This document shows positions 56,651 through 64,000 of a DNA stretch of 64,000 nt, one piece after another. Source of the DNA: Bugula neritina (taxonomy: Eukaryota; Animalia; Bryozoa); the NCBI GenBank assembly GCA_964035545.1, contig OZ037770.1:8872973-8936972 (forward strand), read 5' to 3'. A program made the position numbers and the translations under genes. The notes under the pieces were generated by a model. That model was given only the letters and a program-made list of their open reading frames with translations, searched no databases and was not told where the DNA came from. Position 1 is the first letter of the stretch, and the number at the start of each line of letters is the position of its first letter.

Positions 56651-57653
56651 GTTGTGTAAGTAGATGTCACTGTAGGTAGTTGACACTGGTCTGCAGGTAG
56701 TTGAATAATGACAAACTCACTATGTTGGCTGTTTTATAGTGACAGGTTATCAATGTTATATAAGCTGAGCAAACACTTCTGTTGGTTTACACCAAGCCCT
56801 TGCCAAGTGCAATTTAAATTTTTTACATAACAAATGATCACGTAAACTGCAAGTGTTATGCATATTGTTACAATATTATATTATATATTATATTATTATC
56901 ACGATTTGTAAATTAATCGGTGACAAGAGGGTGCATGCAAAGCTATATTTAAAAAGGCATTTTAGAGGCAAAATGGCCAACACAGTATGTATTTTAAAAC
57001 TGTTTTATAAATATTGCATGGCTCTATAAATATTTCCAAGAAAAGGAAAAATTAAACACCAAGTATCAATGATCATTTATTTTATTTATCTGTAATTTAG
57101 ATCTGTATTTACAAAAGCCTGGATAAAAAATAAAAAAGAAAAACCGTAAACCAAAAATTGCGGACATTAACCATGCAGGTACGATGAACGATTATAAGCT
57201 GTATAATACATAAATAACTATAAAAAAGTAGCTTGTCAATTCAGTAAGTGCTAAAAATAAATATCAATTTCACTGTAGTCTTTTTTGTGCATTGAATGAG
57301 AAAATTAGTTAGTAAATAAAAGTTATGCAAGCCTTGAAATTTAACGTGATACTGATAAGTGATGTGTGAGGTCACGTTCTACACAGCATGTGTGCACTGC
57401 ATGGGAGTATTTACTGAGCAGGCACCAGGTTGAGATAACCAACTTTAATTTCAAATTTATGCTAACAACTTTCTATTTATATAGTAAGGCAGCACGTGTA
57501 TAACAAGAAGGGGTCATAATATGGTACATAGTATGATTCATGATCTTTTGCAATTTATTAACAAGATAAGTTGTAATTGTGTAAAACTTTATAACAGAAG
57601 TTGATATTGGTTCTAGCTTTTTGTATTGTAGGATACACTGCAACGTGTCATTG

Positions 57654-57943
57654 CTGTCTGCTATGAATTTAGGCAAAATGGCACAGGTAATAATGGTGCA
57701 AATGGCAAAATAGATAAAAATCGCATATAGACGTTAACTTTTTTCAAACCTCAAACTCAAACCCATAACCCTTTAACCCCAACCTCAAACTGAAATACTC
57801 ATTCCAAACATCTAACCCAAACTCTTATATTGAAAATGGGTTATTTTTACCTACTTTGCCATTTGTGCCATTATTACCTGTGCCATTAATACCAGTGCCA
57901 TTTTTACCTGTACTATTTTACTGGTGCCATTGTTACTGGACAC
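57654..57943. mobile_element. MITE-like foldback with AATGGCACAGGTAA subterminal arrays; related copies at about 62499-63144 and a left half at about 392-540
   Basis: Repeated AATGGCAC units on the left, GTGCCATT units on the right, and an (AACCC/AAACTC)-rich spacer. Confidence 0.65.
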
Positions 57944-59447
57944 TCCCTGCTATATGCCATGGAATGAAATTAGCTGCTATAGGTATTGAACCAGCATGGT
58001 GATATTATATAACCTTTATGATGTTTAAAAAGTTGCAAGGTGTCTCTGTTGATTAGACTAATGTAAAATGAGGGTAGTGTAGTACTACCCCTAGGAAGTT
58101 TAAGGGCTGGCAGATTCCAGGAACTGGAGTTCTGGGTGGGATGTAGTATTGTTTTTCACTCATAGTGTAATGGATAGCACTCTGGTTTGTAAGTTAAAAG
58201 TATGCAGTTAGATTCCTAGTGAGGGTAGAAATTTTTACAACTGAAGTCCAAGAGTTTTGAGGATGTTATTGAGTATAATTATTTCATCAGAAGTATCCCA
58301 AAAGCTGTAGACCTTGAAAGTATTGGCAATACATTTTAGTTTAAACATGGTTAGCATGCTGCACACAGGAGAGAACAAAATTATTATATATTAAAAATAG
58401 TTTCTTTGAAAGCCTAAACTAAAGTGACATAGCATTAGAATTTTCATTCATGATGTGAGAAATATAAGCCAAAGACCATGTTAGCGATAAGTTACAACCA
58501 ACATTCTTATAGTTCACAGGCTATAAATATCTACCTAAAACAAAATATATACCTACTAAGCTGCGACTATGTATATTTGCTTGTATAGTAATACTAGTGT
58601 TTCATTTGTAGTAGAAAATTTACAATATTATAATATTTTCCTATTGAGTATAATGTAGAGTTGTGTCCTCAATCCAAGAAGCCATGTTGGTCATTAGAAA
58701 ACTTAGTATTAATGCCAAAAACAAAGAGTATTGCTGAGCATTGAAGGCACGGAGCTCACATTGTTCTCAAAGCTTTCTGTACTAAGATAAACTTACTATA
58801 ATCCATCATTTTGATCTAATATATTGTTGTAATTGACAAAGTGAATGCTGCAAATAGAAACTAACTTAGTCATAATCAGTTAGTGTTGAGACAGAAATCA
58901 CATGAAGTACAAAAGCACGTAACATCATTTGAAGAGTAAATAAGTAAAGCAAAATTCATATAAGGTACACTTCGGCAGGTAATCAGGAAAAGCCAGAGAG
59001 CATAATATAGACTCGCTGTCGGAAGTCTAGATTAGCTGGAGCTAAGCTATGGTATATAATATCTATATAATATGTTATTTTGCATTCTATATTATATTAA
59101 TGTATTTCAAAATCATTTTAAGTTTCAAGAAACTTTGATGAAGTTATTTTGGTTCTTGAAATAATATAATGAACTTTTAAGTAAATAAATTATAACTATT
59201 AAGAAACCTTTTAAAGTGTTATAATGTTTTATTGTAGATATTTTATCATACTAAAAACATCAAAAATATATATATACAATATTAAAACATTTTTACTTCA
59301 TACATTCAACTCCTACTATAATATGTATTAAAAAATTATAAAAGTGTGTTTAATGTGTCATCATTTGAAAGGATATTAAGTCAGATCGGCCTTGAATGTG
59401 AAACGCAGATCATAAATATAAAAACACAGCTGTTTACTATTGAGAGT

Positions 59448-61482
59448 TTATGCTTTTGTGATCCACACTTCGTTATGTCTCTTGAAATAGACCCGAGGAC
59501 CGTCATAACCTGCTGTGAAAAACATGGGGTCTACAGTGTAGGAATTGCCGTCTTTAGTCAAGTCTTTCTTGAGCTGTTCGAACTCTGGGATGAATCTGTT
59601 TCCAAGGATGTAGAACTTTGGTGGAAGTATTGTGTTGAATGTTCTACAGTATGACAAATAATGGTAGCTGTCATTATTTACACATATTTGGGTAATCTAA
59701 TATGCTAATATGCTAATCTGTTAATGCTAATATTTCTTTAGCAAGGTTTAAATGCCACTACTTAGTTGAAGACATGTAGTTTCTCATTGCTATTGTACAA
59801 ATAATTCAACAGTAGTTATAGTGTTTTCCATATATTTTGCCATAATAATTAGAGTTTACCAGTTTGTTACAAAAGATCATGGTTTGTGGTATCATGAATA
59901 GTCATTTCTACTCAAAAAGAATTATACAAGATGATATTTCCCACTAAGAGAATATAATAAATTTACATCAAGTTTTGTTTGACAAAAATAATTTTAAAAA
60001 ATCTTCCCAATAAAACATTAAAAAATTGTTTTTCTAATCTAAAAATAAGTATGATTATAAGTTATTGGTGCAACAATCATAGCATTGTATTGCATTGAAT
60101 CAATCAACTTATGCTAAAGCAATAATAGTTTCTATAGGAATCCAAAAACTATTCTAATATTCTAATAGGGTACGTAGATAGGAATGTATAATTTCATTGA
60201 AATATTCTCACCTGACATAGAACTGTGCTCTTGGAGCTCTGTGAATGAAAACGCTAGCGTCATTTGGTGTTGGAGGATTCTCACTGAACTCACTTGGAAC
60301 CATGAAACTCATGAACACAGCATTCTCAGAATGACTGGAAACAACTGGAGCAGTCATTTTCATAGTTTGATCTGTAATTATATAATATAAACCTGTTAGT
60401 AGATGTCAGTAAAACATGTCACTAGATGTCACATCTACCTGTCACTGGATGTCACACTAACATACTACTAGATGTCATAAATATACATTAATAGAAGTGA
60501 ATGACTATTATAAATGCTTGTCTATTTTAATAGTATGTGAAGTAACTTTGAATCTCTAAGTCTATATAGTATTCTGTTATCTTATATTTTAGCATATTGT
60601 TATTATATAATATAATATATTATATAATAATAATATGTTGTTTTATCTATTAAATACTCCAAAAGTCAGAGTAAATTGAATATAGTTCAACTCACTCATG
60701 TTATTGGCTCCACTGATGTAGTCAAACAGTTTGAAGAAAGCTGGTGAGACTGAAGTTCTATCTTCCCAATACTTCTTCTCTAGCCCGTCCATCTTTACTG
60801 AAACCCATACTGTAGGGGCGTACTCTCTCAGCTCATAAGTCTGCAAGAATATTTAGATTGAATCTAAGGCTAAACTCGACGACTTTCAAAAAATTATCAA
60901 TATCTCAACTTGTATATACATATTTTACAAAACAAAATAGTCAAGTATAAGTTTTTGTCATACCAAAATTTAAAAATGTATACAGTCCAAAAGCTTAAGG
61001 TCATTATGAGACAGTTATTTATAATAGAGTCAAAATGCTGTTGATGTTACAGGTGCAGCAATGGAAAAGTTGAAAATAGCCTGTGTTCTAGATAAGAAAT
61101 AATGTAGCTACAGAAAATCTTTATGTTAAACCAGGGCCCCAAACTAAGCCAAATTTCATCAGCAGGAATTAATTAATAGCTTAGAGCCTTGGACTAGTAA
61201 AATTTCTCAGCTGTTGCACCAAAATGCAGGCTGCTTTTTATGGAAAATTAAATAACCAGCACAAAGTATTTTAATAAAAAACTTTTAAATTCTCCTGCAA
61301 CAAAGTATCTATCATATGACTTGAAATTTTCCAGAGCACCAAAAAATGTGACAATAAAATTTACTTACATCAAAGTGTTGAATCACTTCATACTCTGGAC
61401 ATTCGTGGTCTTTACAAAAATCAGGAGCTGCTAGAACAAGCTGTGAGAGAGTGAGAGAGATGACTAGTAGTAGAAGTGCCAT
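59448..61482 (-). CDS. Secreted SOUL/heme-binding protein family member, copy 2, 204 aa; exons 61482-61369, 60840-60696, 60371-60212, 59643-59448
   Basis: Same exon sizes as copy 1 (114/145/160/196 nt); I count 4 amino-acid differences. Confidence 0.9.
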
Positions 61483-62690
61483 GTTGAATAAGTAGATGTC
61501 ACTGTAGGTAGTTGACACTGGTCTGCAGGTGGTTGAATAATGACATACTCACTATATGTTGGCTGTTTTATAGTGAAAGGTTATCATTGTTATATAAATT
61601 AAGCAAATACTTCTGTTGGTTTACACCAAGCTCCTGCCAAATGCAATTTAAATTTATTGCATAACAAAATTATGATCATGTAAACTGCACGTGTTATGCA
61701 TATTGCTACAATATTTTATTATATATTACATTATTATCATGATTTATAAAGTAATTGGTGGCAAGAGGGTGCATGCAAAGCTGTATTTAAAAAGGCCTTT
61801 TAGAGGCAAAATGGCCAACACAGTATGTATTTTAATATTGTTTTATAGATAATGTATGACTTTATAAACATTTCCGAGTACAGGAGTAAATAAACATCAA
61901 GTATTAATGATCATTTATTTCATTTATCTATAATTTAGATCTGTATTTACAAAAACCTAGATCAAAATAAACAAGAGAAACTGTAAGTTAGAAATATTGC
62001 TGACATTAACCATACAGGTACAAAGAATGATTATATCCTGTGTAATATATATGTAACTATAACACATTATTTTTTCAATTCAATAAGTACTACAAATAAA
62101 TATAAGTTTCACTGTAGATAGTCTTTTTTGTGCATCGAATGAGAAAATTAGTTAGTAAATGAAAGTTATGCAAGCCTTGAAATTTAACGTGATACTGATA
62201 AGTTATGTGTGAGGTCACGTTCTACACAGCATGAGTGCACTGCATGAGAGTATTTACTGAGCAGGCACCAGGTTGAGATAACCAACTTTACTTTCAAATT
62301 TATGCTAACAACTTTCTATTTATATGGTGAGGCAGCACATGTAACAGTACTGGGGGGTCATAATATAGTATGTAATACGATTTGTAATCTTATGCAACTT
62401 ATTAACATGATATGATTTAATTGTCTGAAACTTTATAACAGAAGTTGATATTGGTTCTAGCTTTTTATATTGTAGGATACACTGCAACGCGTCACAGCTG
62501 TCTGCTATGAATTTAGGTAAAATGCCCCAGGTAATAATGGCACAACTGGCAAAGTAGGTAAAAATGGCACATTGTTGCTACATTTCTTCAAACCTCAAAC
62601 TCAAACCCATAACCTTTAAACCCCAACCTCAAACTGAAATACCCATTCCAAAACCTAAATCTTATCCCAAACACCTAATTCAAACCCTTA

Positions 62691-63055
62691 AGACCTGGCC
62701 TCACGATCGTGAGAATCACACGAAATTGTGTGACGATTTTCGTGAGTTATGACCAGTCACACACTTGTCGGACAAAACACATAATAAACAGTCCATGAAT
62801 GAGTCTTGCATGAGGTACAAACAACAGGAAATTGCCAAATAGAGAAAAGTGGTAGAAATAGAATAATTGCTGTTGCTAAAATTCTATTGACCAATCAAAT
62901 GGTACTTATCGATTGTGATTTTTTGTCCATCGTCATCGTTGTGTACACCCAACAAAGACGATTTTGTTTGAATTCCCTCAAATTTTCTCGTACGATTGTG
63001 TTTTTGTGTCAAATAGACGATTTCGTGTGATTCTCACGATCGTGAGGCCAGGCCT
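62691..63055. mobile_element. PIF/Harbinger-type MITE with TTA TSD, nested in another MITE
   Basis: TIRs of about 36 bp (AGACCTGGCCTCACGATCGTGAGAATCACACGAAAT and its reverse complement); TTA on both sides; empty site TTA at 57825-57827 in the paralogous duplicon. Confidence 0.85.
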
Positions 63056-64000
63056 TTACATTAAATATGTGTCATTTTTACCTACTTTGCCATTTGTGCC
63101 CTTATTACCTGTGCCATTTTACTGGTGCCATTGTTACCAGACACTGCCTGCTATATGCCATGCAATAAAATTAGCTGCTAGGTATTGAACCAGCATAATG
63201 GTGATATTATATAACCTGCATGATGTTTAAAAAGTTGCAAGATGTCTCTGATGATTAGACTAATGTAAAATGTGTGTAGTGTAGCACTACTCCTAAGAAG
63301 TCTAGGGGCCGGTGGATTCCACAAACTCACAGAATGTTATGGAGGAGGGCACTGAAGTTCTGGGTGGAATGTAGTGTTGTTTTTCCTTCATAGTGTAATG
63401 GTTTGCACACTAGTTTGCAAGTTAGAGGTATACAGGTTGATCTTCAGTGCAAGAGGTTAAAGGTTTTTGCAACTGAAGTCTTTGCGTTATAAAAATGTTA
63501 TTGAGTGATGTATTCATAATAAGAAGTATCCTAAAAATTGCAGACCTTGAAAGTAATGGCAATATGTTTTATTTTAAATAACTGACAAACATGGTTGACG
63601 TAATGCACACAGGATGGAATAAAACTATCATATAAAAAGGAGCTTCTTTGGAAACCTAAACTAAACTGTTATAGTATTTGAATATTCATTCATATTCTGA
63701 GAAATAGCCAAAGAGCATTTTAGCTAAAAGTTTGAATCAATATTCTTATAGTTCACAGGCTAAAATAACTAAAATAAAATAAATACACCTTATAAGCTGT
63801 GACTATGTATATTTACTTGTATAGTAATACTAGTGTTTCATTTGTAATAGAAAATACACAATATAATATTTTCCTATTGAGTAAAATGTAGAGTTGTCTC
63901 CTCATTCCAAGAAGCTATGTTGGTCATTAGAAAACTTAGTATAAATACAAAAAACAAAGAGTATTGCTGAGCATTGAGGGCAGGGAGCGTACATTGATTT

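Larger units (their letters stand above)
54450..64000. repeat. Tandem segmental duplication: about 54450-58765 versus about 59210-64000
   Basis: Exons, introns, upstream region, MITE and SINE remnant are collinear; the last bases of the window match 58727-58765. Confidence 0.85.

Overview
AT-rich, intron-containing animal (invertebrate-like) genomic DNA; I cannot identify the species from sequence. The main content is a cluster of seven paralogous genes (A-G, about 8.0-48.2 kb; orientations - + + + - + +) encoding 231-285 aa secreted proteins that I cannot assign to a known family. All share a short non-coding first exon, a signal-peptide exon, and two indel-free core segments of exactly 169 and 182 nt (intron phases 0/1/0); gene D has precisely lost its last intron. 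Hand alignment of the Cys/Pro-free core shows a mirror-symmetric sequence code: hydrophobic anchors are spaced symmetrically about one residue, and opposite charges co-vary at positions i and 116-i. This suggests a very long antiparallel (probably beta) self-pairing structural or fibre protein. Downstream lie a fragmentary gamma-tubulin complex component 2 (TUBGCP2)-like locus and two tandemly duplicated secreted SOUL/heme-binding-family genes. Intergenic DNA and introns carry a degenerate Academ-like DNA transposon with a nested RTE LINE fragment, several MITEs, two tRNA-derived SINE families, foldbacks and microsatellites. All gene models are manual predictions from splice signals and paralog comparison.
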